Notes: a model not told the origin generated them from the letters alone. A DNA stretch of 64,000 bases from Candidatus Micrarchaeota archaeon (GCA_027011045.1 JALVAT010000013.1:20364-84363); one strand, 5' to 3'; shown: positions 8,516 through 17,999, counted from the stretch's first letter. Numbers and translations are program-made.

Positions 8516-11500
8516 AAGGGCGCTCTTCACAAAGCTCTGTCCAAACTGCGAGGGGGAAATAAACGATATCCGCCTCTCGCTCAAGAACCCGTGCAGCACC
8601 TGTTTGGAAACAGCGGTCGTAGAGAACACATACGAACAGCTTGTAGAGGCGATTTACCGGGCATTAAAGGAGGGGGACAAGCTAAGGAAGTACCAGATGA
8701 TCCACGACGTAATCCATCACCTCACAGAATTCAACGAATTTTTCGAAAGGGCCGTGGGATCCAGGCTATGGAGCGCGCAGAGGACGTGGGCCAAGCGTGT
8801 GTTCTTGGGGAGGTCCTTCTCCATCGTGGCGCCAACGGGCATTGGAAAGACGGCCTTCGGATCCGTTATGGGGATATACCTAGCGAAGCACGGCGAAAAG
8901 GCCTATTTCATCCAGCCCACGACTACGTTACTCATGCAGACAGCGGAAAGGCTGCGGGACTATGCAAAGAGGGCGGGAGTTGACGTCAGGATCGTGGAGA
9001 TCCACGGCAAGATGAAGAAGGGCGAGAAGGAAGAAGCACAGCGGGCCATTGAAGCAGGGGAATTTGATATCCTCGTAACGACCTCGCAGTACCTCACGCG
9101 AAACTTCGACACCCTCGCAAGGCACAGGTTCGACTTCATCTTTGTCGACGACGTTGACGCATTCCTCCGTGCGTCCAAAAACATAGATCGCGTGCTCCAA
9201 CTCCTGGGATTCACGGAGGAGATAATATCGGCTGCATACGAGCTGATACGCGCAAAGTTCACCCTCCTCTTCCGGAGCAACGACCAGCAGCTAAGAAAAC
9301 GCATCGAAGAGCTGCAGGAGAAGATAGATCGGTTCAAGGAAAACAACAGGGTAGGTCAGCTCATCGTTGCATCCGCCACGGGGCGAGCAAGGGGCATCCG
9401 TGTCAAGCTCTTCCGGGAGCTCCTGGACTTTGAGATCGGGAGCACAAGGGCAAACCTGAGGAACATCATCAACGCGTACACGGAGGAAAGGAACTGGAAG
9501 GAGCAGGTGCTGTCAGCGGTGACGGCGCTGGGCAAGGGCGGGCTCGTGTTCGTCCCGACGGATAGGGGCAGGGAGTTCGCGGAGCAGGTTGCACAGTATC
9601 TGCAGAGTTCTGGAGTAAAAGCAATGCTCGCAACGTCCGAAAACGCAGATCAGGTCCTTAAAGCGCTGGAAGCTGGAGACGTGGACGTAGCGGTAGGTGT
9701 TGCCGCGTACTACGGCGTGCTGGTGCGCGGAATTGACCTGCCCGAGCAGATAAGGTATACCATCTTCGTGGGGGTCCCAAAGTTCAAGTTCTCACTACGC
9801 TTCGACAACGCACCGCCCGGAAGGCTGGCGTATCTCCTGGACGTGGTGGCGGACTACGACGAGGACATTGCGAGGGAGGCGAGATCCCTTGCAAACAGGA
9901 TTAGGAGGAACCCGCGCGACGAAGATGTAGAACGGGCAAAGGAAATCCTGCGGAGGGCCTTTGAGAACAGGGAACTGGTGGAACGCATAAAGCAGAGCAA
10001 GGAAATCGCTGTGGTCGAGGAAAATGGCGAACTAAAGATCCTCATAGCAGACGTACGCACATACATCCAGGCAACGGGAAGAACATCGCGCATGTACGCC
10101 GGGGGAATTACGCCGGGGTTCTCTTTAGTCCTCGTGGACGACGAACGCGTCTTCGATCAGCTTAGAAGGTACATGCGCATAGTACTCGATGAGGAGTTTA
10201 AACCGCTGGAGGAAATAGATCTCGCCGAAATACGGCGCTGGCTAGAGGAGGGCAGAAGAAAGAGGGAAAAGCTGGCGGAAGATCCCGTTAAAACAGTTCT
10301 ATTCATCGTTGAATCGCCAAACAAGGCGAGAACAATTGCACACTTCTTCGGAACACCTTCATCATACCGCATAGGCAACATCCGGGGCTACGAGGTGGCC
10401 ACGGGCAAGTACATCCTTAACATCGTGGCTACCAGGGGGCACATGTTCGACCTAGTCACGGACCGCGGATTCCACGGGGTGCTCGTGGAGGAGGACGCGC
10501 ACTGGTTCGTACCGGTATACACGACGATCAAGCTCTGCCGCCGCTGCGGCGTACAGACGGTGGAGGATAAATGCCCAGTTTGTGGATCGGATGAGTATCT
10601 GGACGACGCAATATGGCGTGTTAACGCTCTGCGCCTCTTTGCCCTTGAAAGCGACTTCGTGATCATTGGAACGGACCCCGATCGAGAGGGAGAGAAAATA
10701 GCCTGGGATACAGCCCTCGCAATAAGCCCCTACGTCCCCACCATTGTCAGGGCGGAGTTCCACGAGGTAACGCGAAGTGCCATTCTGCGGGCCCTGGAGG
10801 AAACGAGAAACATCGACGAAAACATAGTAAACGCCCAGATCGTCCGCAGGGTGGAGGACCGCTGGATTGGATTCGAGCTGTCGCGGAAACTCTGGGAAGC
10901 ATTCGGCATAAAGATCCTGTCTGCGGGGAGAGTACAGACGCCGGTACTTGGATGGATCATAAGGCGCTATGAGGAGCACAAGGACAGCGTACGCATATTC
11001 CTCGACGTGAAAACAGAAACTGGTAGAGTTGTGTTCGAAACGCCGTTCAAGAGTGTCAAGGAGCTTCGATCAGCGGAAATACCAAGCACGTTAGAGGTGC
11101 GCGTGGAAAAAAGGGAGGAAACGGAGCTCGGGGCGCCGGCACCATTCACAACGGACACGATGCTCAGGGAGGCAGGAGAACGGATGGGCATAGGTGCAAA
11201 GGATATCATGCAGCTCGCGCAGGACCTATTCGAAGCGGGTCTCATCACATACCACAGGACCGACTCTACGCACGTGTCCGCCGCAGGGCGCGCCCTCGCA
11301 AGGGAGTACATATCGGAACGCTTCGGAGAGGAGTACTACAGGGGCCGCAGCTGGGGTGAAGAGGGTGCCCACGAATGTATTCGCCCCACAAAGCCCTTGG
11401 ATACGGACACGCTGATCCGCATGGTGCGCGAGGGCGAAATTAACGTTCAGGGGCTCCGAAAGAAGCACCACCGTCTATACTCCATCATATTCGAACGCTT

Positions 11501-12017
11501 TATGGCTTCCCAGATGCGGAATCCCACGGTAGAGAGGGCAGAAGTCGTCTACAGGCTGGGGGAGTTTGAAAAGAGGGAAACAGCAATAACAAGAATCGTG
11601 AAGGACGGGTGGAACCTCGTGAGGCCCGTGCGCACGCGAGAAGTACGGGAAGGGGCCTTCAGGGTCGTGGAGATTCGGAACTTTAAGGCGGCAACGGTCC
11701 CGCTATACACACAGGCAGACGTAGTGGCCCTAATGAAGGAGCGAGGAATAGGAAGACCCAGCACATACGCAACAATCATACAGAAGCTCCTGGATAGGAA
11801 GTACGTGCGCGAATCCCAGCAGAAGAAGCGGCTGTACCCAACCCAGCTTGGAATACGCGTATACAACTTCCTTTCCGAGAACTACGAAGATCTCGTATCG
11901 GAGGAGCGGACGAGGATTCTCGAGGAGACCCTTGACGCCATTGCCGCAGGGGAAAGGGATTATCAGGACGCGCTGCGCGAGATGTACCTCGAAATAAGGG
12001 GGGCCGTAGGTGAGTAG
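8508..12017 (+). CDS. rgy: Reverse gyrase (single-chain helicase-like plus topoisomerase IA fusion)
   Basis: 1169 aa; N-terminal Zn finger (CPNCEGE...CSTC), Walker A APTGIGKT, DEAD-like DDVD, Toprim and topo IA C-terminal half. Confidence 0.9.
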   Translation: MRERALFTKLCPNCEGEINDIRLSLKNPCSTCLETAVVENTYEQLVEAIYRALKEGDKLRKYQMIHDVIHHLTEFNEFFERAVGSRLWSAQRTWAKRVFLGRSFSIVAPTGIGKTAFGSVMGIYLAKHGEKAYFIQPTTTLLMQTAERLRDYAKRAGVDVRIVEIHGKMKKGEKEEAQRAIEAGEFDILVTTSQYLTRNFDTLARHRFDFIFVDDVDAFLRASKNIDRVLQLLGFTEEIISAAYELIRAKFTLLFRSNDQQLRKRIEELQEKIDRFKENNRVGQLIVASATGRARGIRVKLFRELLDFEIGSTRANLRNIINAYTEERNWKEQVLSAVTALGKGGLVFVPTDRGREFAEQVAQYLQSSGVKAMLATSENADQVLKALEAGDVDVAVGVAAYYGVLVRGIDLPEQIRYTIFVGVPKFKFSLRFDNAPPGRLAYLLDVVADYDEDIAREARSLANRIRRNPRDEDVERAKEILRRAFENRELVERIKQSKEIAVVEENGELKILIADVRTYIQATGRTSRMYAGGITPGFSLVLVDDERVFDQLRRYMRIVLDEEFKPLEEIDLAEIRRWLEEGRRKREKLAEDPVKTVLFIVESPNKARTIAHFFGTPSSYRIGNIRGYEVATGKYILNIVATRGHMFDLVTDRGFHGVLVEEDAHWFVPVYTTIKLCRRCGVQTVEDKCPVCGSDEYLDDAIWRVNALRLFALESDFVIIGTDPDREGEKIAWDTALAISPYVPTIVRAEFHEVTRSAILRALEETRNIDENIVNAQIVRRVEDRWIGFELSRKLWEAFGIKILSAGRVQTPVLGWIIRRYEEHKDSVRIFLDVKTETGRVVFETPFKSVKELRSAEIPSTLEVRVEKREETELGAPAPFTTDTMLREAGERMGIGAKDIMQLAQDLFEAGLITYHRTDSTHVSAAGRALAREYISERFGEEYYRGRSWGEEGAHECIRPTKPLDTDTLIRMVREGEINVQGLRKKHHRLYSIIFERFMASQMRNPTVERAEVVYRLGEFEKRETAITRIVKDGWNLVRPVRTREVREGAFRVVEIRNFKAATVPLYTQADVVALMKERGIGRPSTYATIIQKLLDRKYVRESQQKKRLYPTQLGIRVYNFLSENYEDLVSEERTRILEETLDAIAAGERDYQDALREMYLEIRGAVGE

Positions 12018-12549
12018 GCGATACAGCGACTCCGAGTACGGGGAGTTCCTGCGGGCAATAAGGGCGCACCATCCGATACAGAAGAGGTGGGAAGCGCTGA
12101 AGAGCAATTCAGAACGGCTCAGGGAATATCTGGAGGAAGTCAAAAGATACACGCTGCACGAGGGGAACCAAGATATGGCGAAGGCGTCGGGGCTTATGGT
12201 AATCCAACACCTGGAGGAGCTGGCAAGGAATCGCTGGCTACGGGAGCAGCTGAAGGACGCCCTTGGGAGCAGGGCGTTCTGGCGGGTTATGGCCATGGCT
12301 GCCGCGGCGGTGGCGCCCAAGATGGACGAAGATGATAGAATCACCCTGAATACGGCAAGGGCAATACTGGAAACGGAGGGCTGGGAGCACGTGCCGGAGG
12401 CGTGGGATACGCTCTACTTCCTGGCCCCTGCAAACAGGGGAAAACTCCAAGAGTTCCGCCGAGCTCTGCGGAGAAAGCTATGGAAAATCAACGTGGGGGA
12501 GCTCCCAGAACCTGTCCAGAAGCGGCTGCGGGAACTCAAGGAGCTTTGA
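12010..12549 (+). CDS. Hypothetical alpha-helical protein, translationally coupled to reverse gyrase (8-nt overlap, GTG start)
   Basis: Overlap GTGAGTAGG spanning the rgy stop; no recognisable domain. Confidence 0.45.
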   Translation: MSRRYSDSEYGEFLRAIRAHHPIQKRWEALKSNSERLREYLEEVKRYTLHEGNQDMAKASGLMVIQHLEELARNRWLREQLKDALGSRAFWRVMAMAAAAVAPKMDEDDRITLNTARAILETEGWEHVPEAWDTLYFLAPANRGKLQEFRRALRRKLWKINVGELPEPVQKRLRELKEL

Positions 12550-12603
12550 GGGATACCCTTTTAACGTTCTCCCAACAAAGTTTTCCCGTTAGGAGGGATG
12601 CTC

Positions 12604-12759
12604 ATGGTATCCAAGCGATGCGTTACCTGCGGGAGGGAAACAACGGACTACGTCCAGTTCAAGTGTCCAAACTGCGGCACGGTCATCGTGCGCTGCCAGC
12701 GCTGCCGTGCCAGTGGAAAGGAGTGGATCTGCCCAACCTGCGGCTTCGAGGGTCCATAA
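12604..12759 (+). CDS. Small Zn-ribbon protein (51 aa, two CxxC pairs), the conserved archaeal partner found upstream of aEF-1beta
   Basis: MVSKRCVTCG...FKCPNCG...RCQRC...CPTCG; absent from the ORF track because under 60 aa. Confidence 0.55.
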   Translation: MVSKRCVTCGRETTDYVQFKCPNCGTVIVRCQRCRASGKEWICPTCGFEGP

Positions 12760-12776
12760 TCTAAGAGGTGAAGAGA

Positions 12777-13040
12777 ATGGGAACTGTTCTTGCTGTCTTC
12801 AAGATCATGCCGGACGATATGGACCACTTTGAGGAGATTAAGGAGGCCATAAAGTCCGCAATCCCCGAAGGGGCTCAGCTCCAGGAAATCCGGGAGGAGC
12901 CCATTGCCTTTGGTCTCAAGGCGCTCAAGGTTGGCGTTACCATGGAGGACACGGGGGGCATCCTGGACAAGGTGGAGGATGCGCTCCGCAACGTGCCCCA
13001 CGTGGAGAGCGTAAACCTGGAAACGACAACCCTCATTTAA
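12777..13040 (+). CDS. Translation elongation factor aEF-1beta
   Basis: About 88 aa, MGTVLAVFKIMPDD...; typical aEF-1beta length and sequence. Confidence 0.75.
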   Translation: MGTVLAVFKIMPDDMDHFEEIKEAIKSAIPEGAQLQEIREEPIAFGLKALKVGVTMEDTGGILDKVEDALRNVPHVESVNLETTTLI

Positions 13041-13528
13041 GAGCTCTGCAGGAGGCGCTTCACCTCCTGCACCGTTTCCCTGATTTTCTTCCAATGCCTA
13101 CCTTCCCAGTAGATCTGACCGCAGCTCTGGCACATCCAGAACTTCTGGTGCGTGTCCATAACCGTGCCGGGCACGAGGCCCACAACCTCTCGCTTGGAAA
13201 CCTCCACGAGTCTGCCGTTGCACGACGGGCAGAACATGGTGGACGGCGTCTCCCTTAGCTCTATGCCAACTTCCCTGACGAGCTGTGCCAGCTGTTCAGC
13301 TATGTCCTTGCTCTGAACAAGCACTGCCTTGATACCTGCATCCTCTGCACGGGAATAAAGCTCCCGATCCATTGTCAGGAGAATTCGATCCTCATCAAGG
13401 GCGATATTGAGCAAATCGTCATCGTCAACGGGCATATCTGCGGCGCAGAGGGTATCGTAGCCCATCATTCGCAACCAGCGGGCAAGTTTGCCCAGCATCG
13501 CGTCCGCAAGGAACCGCATAAAGCTCAC
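13037..13528 (-). CDS. Mut7-C (DUF82) PIN-like RNase-domain protein with C-terminal Zn ribbon
   Basis: Hallmark MLGKLARWLRMMGYD N-terminus; C-terminal CPSCNG...CQSCG. Confidence 0.7.
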   Translation of the reverse strand: MSFMRFLADAMLGKLARWLRMMGYDTLCAADMPVDDDDLLNIALDEDRILLTMDRELYSRAEDAGIKAVLVQSKDIAEQLAQLVREVGIELRETPSTMFCPSCNGRLVEVSKREVVGLVPGTVMDTHQKFWMCQSCGQIYWEGRHWKKIRETVQEVKRLLQSS

Positions 13529-13582
13529 GCTCCACCGTCATTCAAGGTTTTTATGTTGCGTGATGCTTATAAACAGAGCATG

Positions 13583-16147
13583 ATCCACCGGCTCCACCTT
13601 GTGAACTGGAAGAGTCACGCAAAAACGGAAATACGCTTCTCTAAGGGCACCAACGTCATTGTGGGAATCAACGGAGCGGGGAAATCGTCCATTCTCGAGG
13701 CAATCCTCTTCGCGCTATACGGGGAGCTACCCGGAGGGGCCACGTACGAAAAGGTGCTACGGAGGGGAACAACAAGGGATGCAAGGGGCGTTGTGGAGCT
13801 TGAAATGGACGTCGGGGGCAAACACATCGTAATAACGCGTGAGTTCTCGCGGAAGGGGCAAACACGGGCGCGAATAAGGGGGGATGTAAAGACACTCACC
13901 GAGAAACCGTCCCAGGTAACCGAAGAGGTCATAAAGCTCCTGGGAATGGACAGAAAAACCTTTGAAAAGGCCGTTTACGGCAGGCAGGGGGAGATTGCCG
14001 CACTCCTGAACGATAGATCCGAAAGAAAGAGGCTGATAAATCGAATCTTGGGCATAGAAAAACTCCAAGTGCTCCAGACGGCAATAAACTCGGCGATAAC
14101 AAGGCTCAGGAGAATAGCCGGCAGCGCAGATCTTGGCACAATGGAAAGGGACCTGGAGAACGCCAGACAACGGCTAAAAGAAGTGTCCGCTGAGCTTGAG
14201 GGTACGCAACGACTACTGGCAGAGTGGAAGAGCAGGGAAAGGGAACTCGATACTGCGATTGCAAGGACAAGAGAAGAGCTCCAAGAGTTAGAGAAAAGTC
14301 TGGCAGAGGCGCGCTCCGCCCGCCAGGAGCTGGCACGCCTAAAAGGCATGGAGAAAAACCTTGAAGAACGGGCTCTGGAACTCAGGAGAGAAGGAATCAC
14401 ACCAAAACGCCCCGAAGACGTGGAAAAATTGCGCGGTAAGCTAAAGGAGTTGGAAAGAAGGGCAAAACAGATAGATGAGCTCCTCACACTGGAGAAACGC
14501 CTATTAGAACTGGCAAATAAGCGAGTGGAGAAGCCAGACGCCGAATCTGCAAGGAAATCGGTAGAGGAACTCGAAGGGCAACTGCAAAGAGTGAGGGAAG
14601 AGCTCGCGGAGAAAAGGAGGGCACTACAGGAAACGGAGAAGAGGATCCGCGAGCTCGAAGCTGAAGCCGCCGAGCTTGACAGGAGGATTCGCACCCTCAC
14701 GGGCGTCGAGCAAAGGATAAAGGAGCTTGAGAAGAGGGTTGAAGAGCTCGGATCTGTTGAGGAGATTGAAAAGGCACTGCGTGAGCTCTCCGAGGAAATA
14801 TCCGCCGCAGAAACGGAAATAAAGCAGGAAAGCACCTTCGTGAGCGCGCTTCGCTCCGCATCCCAATGCCCTGTATGCGGATCGGCCCTGGACGATGAGA
14901 GGAGAAGGGAACTGCTGGAGGAGCACACGAAAAGAATGGCAAAGCTAAGAGAACGCGTAGAGGAGCTCCGAAGAAAGGTTGCAGAGCTCAAGCGCAGACA
15001 AGCCGAGAGCAAAGGAATACAGGAGGAGTTGCGAAGGCTTTCCGCAAAGATCGGGATCCTTGAAGAGCTTCGGCGTAGAAGGGAGGAGATCAGGGCCAAG
15101 CTGTCCGAAGGGGCCGCCATGAGGGAGAAGCTAAGAAGAACGATCGCCGAGCTCGAGGCCAGGGCACGGGAACTGTCAGAGCAGCTCAGGGAGAAGAGGG
15201 CAGCCCTGGAACAGCTGGAAAAGCAACTACGCGAGTACGAAGAGGTTGAGAAGGCACGCAGGGAGCTGGCAAGCATAGAGGAAAGGCTGAGGATACTTGG
15301 GGAACGTCCCGACCTGGAGGACATTAGAAGACAAATCACGCTGGCGGAAAAGGGCGTAGAGCTGTCAAGAATAGAGGAAAGGCTCGCTCAGATACGCCAG
15401 AAGATCGAGGAGCTGGAGTCTCGGGCACAAAACGTGGAAGAGCTGGAGAACAAGGTCCAAACCACAAGAGATGCACTATCAAAGCTTGTGGCGGAGCGCA
15501 GGGCATTGGAGGCAAAGATTTTGACGGAAGAGAGGCGAGTCAAAAACCTTGAGGAGCTCAAGGCAACCCTTGAAAGAAGAATCGAGGAACTAGAACGCAG
15601 GATCGCCGAAATAACAGATGCAGCAGAGAGAAAGGCAATACTGGAAAACGTGGCGAAGATCGTCTCCGCCGCCGCGGAGCAGGTCAAGGAGAGCAGGCTG
15701 GCGGCGATAAACACGATCTTAAACACGGTATGGGCGACGCTCTACCCCAGGAAGGACATTACGGAGCTTCGCATTGTGCCTGAGAAGAATGACTACAGAA
15801 TATATGCAAAAACCGCGAACGGAGAAACGGTGGATGTAGACTCGTTATCTGGGGGAGAGCGCTTTGACGTGGCCCTTGCCCTGAGGATCGCTGTGGCTGC
15901 TGCGTGGGGGAGGAGCATGGGGCTGCTCGTGCTGGATGAGCCCACCCACAACCTGGACGAAGAGGCGACCGACGCGCTCGCCGAGGTGCTGAGACACCTG
16001 CCCGGGGACAGCTTTGAACAGATCATAATCATAACGCACAACGAGGCCCTCAAGAAGGCAGCAACGGGCAAAATCATCGTCGTAGAAAGGGATAAGGAAA
16101 GGGGCAGGCCGAGCATCGTGCGAGAAGTGCCCGTGACCGCGGAGTAA
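13583..16147 (+). CDS. rad50: Rad50 (SbcC-like) DNA double-strand-break repair ATPase with CxxC zinc hook
   Basis: Walker A GINGAGKSS, long coiled coil, central CPVCG hook, C-terminal LSGGE signature and DEPT D-loop. Confidence 0.8.
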   Translation: MHRLHLVNWKSHAKTEIRFSKGTNVIVGINGAGKSSILEAILFALYGELPGGATYEKVLRRGTTRDARGVVELEMDVGGKHIVITREFSRKGQTRARIRGDVKTLTEKPSQVTEEVIKLLGMDRKTFEKAVYGRQGEIAALLNDRSERKRLINRILGIEKLQVLQTAINSAITRLRRIAGSADLGTMERDLENARQRLKEVSAELEGTQRLLAEWKSRERELDTAIARTREELQELEKSLAEARSARQELARLKGMEKNLEERALELRREGITPKRPEDVEKLRGKLKELERRAKQIDELLTLEKRLLELANKRVEKPDAESARKSVEELEGQLQRVREELAEKRRALQETEKRIRELEAEAAELDRRIRTLTGVEQRIKELEKRVEELGSVEEIEKALRELSEEISAAETEIKQESTFVSALRSASQCPVCGSALDDERRRELLEEHTKRMAKLRERVEELRRKVAELKRRQAESKGIQEELRRLSAKIGILEELRRRREEIRAKLSEGAAMREKLRRTIAELEARARELSEQLREKRAALEQLEKQLREYEEVEKARRELASIEERLRILGERPDLEDIRRQITLAEKGVELSRIEERLAQIRQKIEELESRAQNVEELENKVQTTRDALSKLVAERRALEAKILTEERRVKNLEELKATLERRIEELERRIAEITDAAERKAILENVAKIVSAAAEQVKESRLAAINTILNTVWATLYPRKDITELRIVPEKNDYRIYAKTANGETVDVDSLSGGERFDVALALRIAVAAAWGRSMGLLVLDEPTHNLDEEATDALAEVLRHLPGDSFEQIIIITHNEALKKAATGKIIVVERDKERGRPSIVREVPVTAE

Positions 16148-16154
16148 ATGGTAG

Positions 16155-16227
16155 TAGCCCCGCCGGGATTCGAACCCGGGTCGCGGGATCCAAAGTCCCG
16201 CATGCTTGACCGCTACACCACGGGGCT
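16155..16227 (-). tRNA. tRNA-Gln(TTG): tRNA-Gln (anticodon TTG)
   Basis: Manual fold: acceptor AGCCCCG/CGGGGCU, anticodon stem CGGGA/UCCCG, loop CUUUGGA. Confidence 0.8.
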
Positions 16228-16261
16228 CTCCAAGATATTTAACGCAAAAAGGGGTTTTATA

Positions 16262-16888
16262 ATGGTGCTGGAGCGTTACCTCCGACAGGAGAAGCTACTG
16301 GACCAAGACGTGCTTAGCCGAAAGAGAGCTTTGGTGGTGGGAGCTGGCGGACTGGGAAATTTCGTGGCCACGGAGCTCGTTCTTGCAGGCGTAGGGCACG
16401 TGACCGTCGTAGATCCTGACGTCGTAAAGGTACATAATCTCAACCGGCAGTTCCTGTTTGCGGAAGGAGATGTGGGGCAGCCGAAGGCACGGGTGATCGC
16501 AAGGAGGCTCGCGGAGCTGAACCCGACCGTAGAGGTGCTTGGCATCATAGGGTCCTGGAGAGACGTGAACGTAAACCATTACGACGTGGTCTTCGACTGC
16601 ATGGATATCTGGGAGGAAAAGCGGGAGCTCATGCGGAAAAGGTCCGGCACCATTGTCTTCGGAAGCGTGGGGGACAGTATCGGAATGGTTTCCGTTCTAC
16701 TTCACAAAAGACTGCCTTTCGAGAAGATTTCAGGGGGGAGGCAGGTCCTAGCGGCTCAAGTGGGCATCGTGGGATCCATCATGGCGCTCGAGGGGCTCAG
16801 GGAGCTGAACGAAGTGCCTTCTCCGCTGAGGGACCGGCTGCTGCACATAGACTTCCGGAGGATGTTGTTCACAGTGCTGGAGGTATGA
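16262..16888 (+). CDS. ThiF/MoeB/TcdA-family E1-like adenylyltransferase
   Basis: Rossmann motif VVGAGGLGN, NLNRQ motif; no C-terminal CxxC pairs or rhodanese domain. Confidence 0.7.
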   Translation: MVLERYLRQEKLLDQDVLSRKRALVVGAGGLGNFVATELVLAGVGHVTVVDPDVVKVHNLNRQFLFAEGDVGQPKARVIARRLAELNPTVEVLGIIGSWRDVNVNHYDVVFDCMDIWEEKRELMRKRSGTIVFGSVGDSIGMVSVLLHKRLPFEKISGGRQVLAAQVGIVGSIMALEGLRELNEVPSPLRDRLLHIDFRRMLFTVLEV

Positions 16889-16891
16889 AAC

Positions 16892-17677
16892 GTGGGCAGA
16901 TTCGAAGGAACGCCCTGGAACGTAAACGATGTGGGTGCACTACTCCGACTGTACTCAAAATACAGGGACATTTGGCTAAAGACATATGGAAAGCGCGTTC
17001 AGGATCTGCTAAAAGCGGTGGTAGATGCCAGCAAGGCAAAAAAGATCCTCGTCCTCGGGGCAGGAACTCCCATTCGATTCCCCGAGGATTTGGACGACAG
17101 AATGACCGTTGTTGACCGCAGCCCACAGGTAAAGGAACTATGGGAACAGGAAGAGCGAAGGGCACGCTTTATACTCGACGATGTGGTAAATGCTGCACGA
17201 AACTTAACAAAGGGGCACGATATTATCGTATTGCCCGCAATACTAAGCTGGCTGCCGGAAGAAAAACGCATTGAGCTCAAGAATATCCTTAGACCCGCAC
17301 TAGAGGGGAGAAAAGTAATTCTCGCGTACGATACGACCCATCAAAGCACAGGTTATCACGGTACCGAAAAACGGGCGTCACAGGTGCTGCCAGCGGACTG
17401 GCACGATCGGTACATAGGGGGCCCAAGGCGCGTATTGCCCTGTTGCGTCTGGACAGTTGTCCCACGCCCGATAGCGACGAAGGGGCATATTGTAGATCCT
17501 GGAGAAGAGTGGGGAGTGGAGGCGAGCATCCATGGGCCGTGGGAGGTACTGGACAAGATAGAACCAAAAATTGAGGATATCGCAAGGGCTGGTTACAAGG
17601 ATTGGGCCACGCACAGCAAAGATTTGCGAAAATACGTTGAGCTCAAGCACGGGCGGTGGGCCCACAAACTCCTTTAA
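16892..17677 (+). CDS. Hypothetical protein with Rossmann-like (possible SAM-methyltransferase-like) N-terminal domain
   Basis: ILVLGAGTPIRFPE followed by acidic strand MTVVDRSP and DIIVL; C-terminal 100 aa unassigned. Confidence 0.4.
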   Translation: MGRFEGTPWNVNDVGALLRLYSKYRDIWLKTYGKRVQDLLKAVVDASKAKKILVLGAGTPIRFPEDLDDRMTVVDRSPQVKELWEQEERRARFILDDVVNAARNLTKGHDIIVLPAILSWLPEEKRIELKNILRPALEGRKVILAYDTTHQSTGYHGTEKRASQVLPADWHDRYIGGPRRVLPCCVWTVVPRPIATKGHIVDPGEEWGVEASIHGPWEVLDKIEPKIEDIARAGYKDWATHSKDLRKYVELKHGRWAHKLL

Positions 17678-17705
17678 AACTTCCCACACAACAATCATCT
17701 GGGAT

Positions 17706-17814
17706 CCGGGGGTAGCTCAACCTGGTAGAGCGGCCGGCTGTAGTCTGGCTTGGGCCCAACCTGCAACAACAGGCAGAAACCGGCAGGTTGGGGGTTCAAA
17801 TCCCTCCCCCCGGA
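17706..17814 (+). tRNA. tRNA-Tyr(GTA): tRNA-Tyr (anticodon GTA) with 35-nt intron at the canonical 37/38 position (17744..17778)
   Basis: Acceptor CCGGGGG/CCCCCGG, anticodon stem GCCGG/CCGGC interrupted by a 35-nt insert after CUGUAG. Confidence 0.8.
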
Positions 17815-17845
17815 CTCCTTTTCAAAACATTGTGGCGAATTCTTA

Positions 17846-17901
17846 TGCGATGATGACGAGGTATTACCCTGACCGGTGATGAAAAAAGCCTCAGCTGAGC
17901 A
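17846..17901 (+). ncRNA. C/D-box sRNA
   Basis: GAUGAUGA, 12-nt guide, CUGA, spacer ccg, GUGAUGA, 12-nt guide, CUGA, directly downstream of tRNA-Tyr. Confidence 0.65.
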
Positions 17902-17999
17902 CCTTTAAATATGAGAAGCGCCCCTATCATATGGATGGGTGTCCGCCTTTGCCCGTGTAACTGATCTGATTCTTGAGCGCGGGCAGCCCGTAGTAGGAG

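Noticed and set aside
13975-15339. 454-aa Ser-rich minus-strand ORF
   Set aside because: It is antisense to the Rad50 coiled coil (GAG/AAG-rich sense strand gives CTC/CTT Ser/Leu-rich antisense). Compositional artefact.
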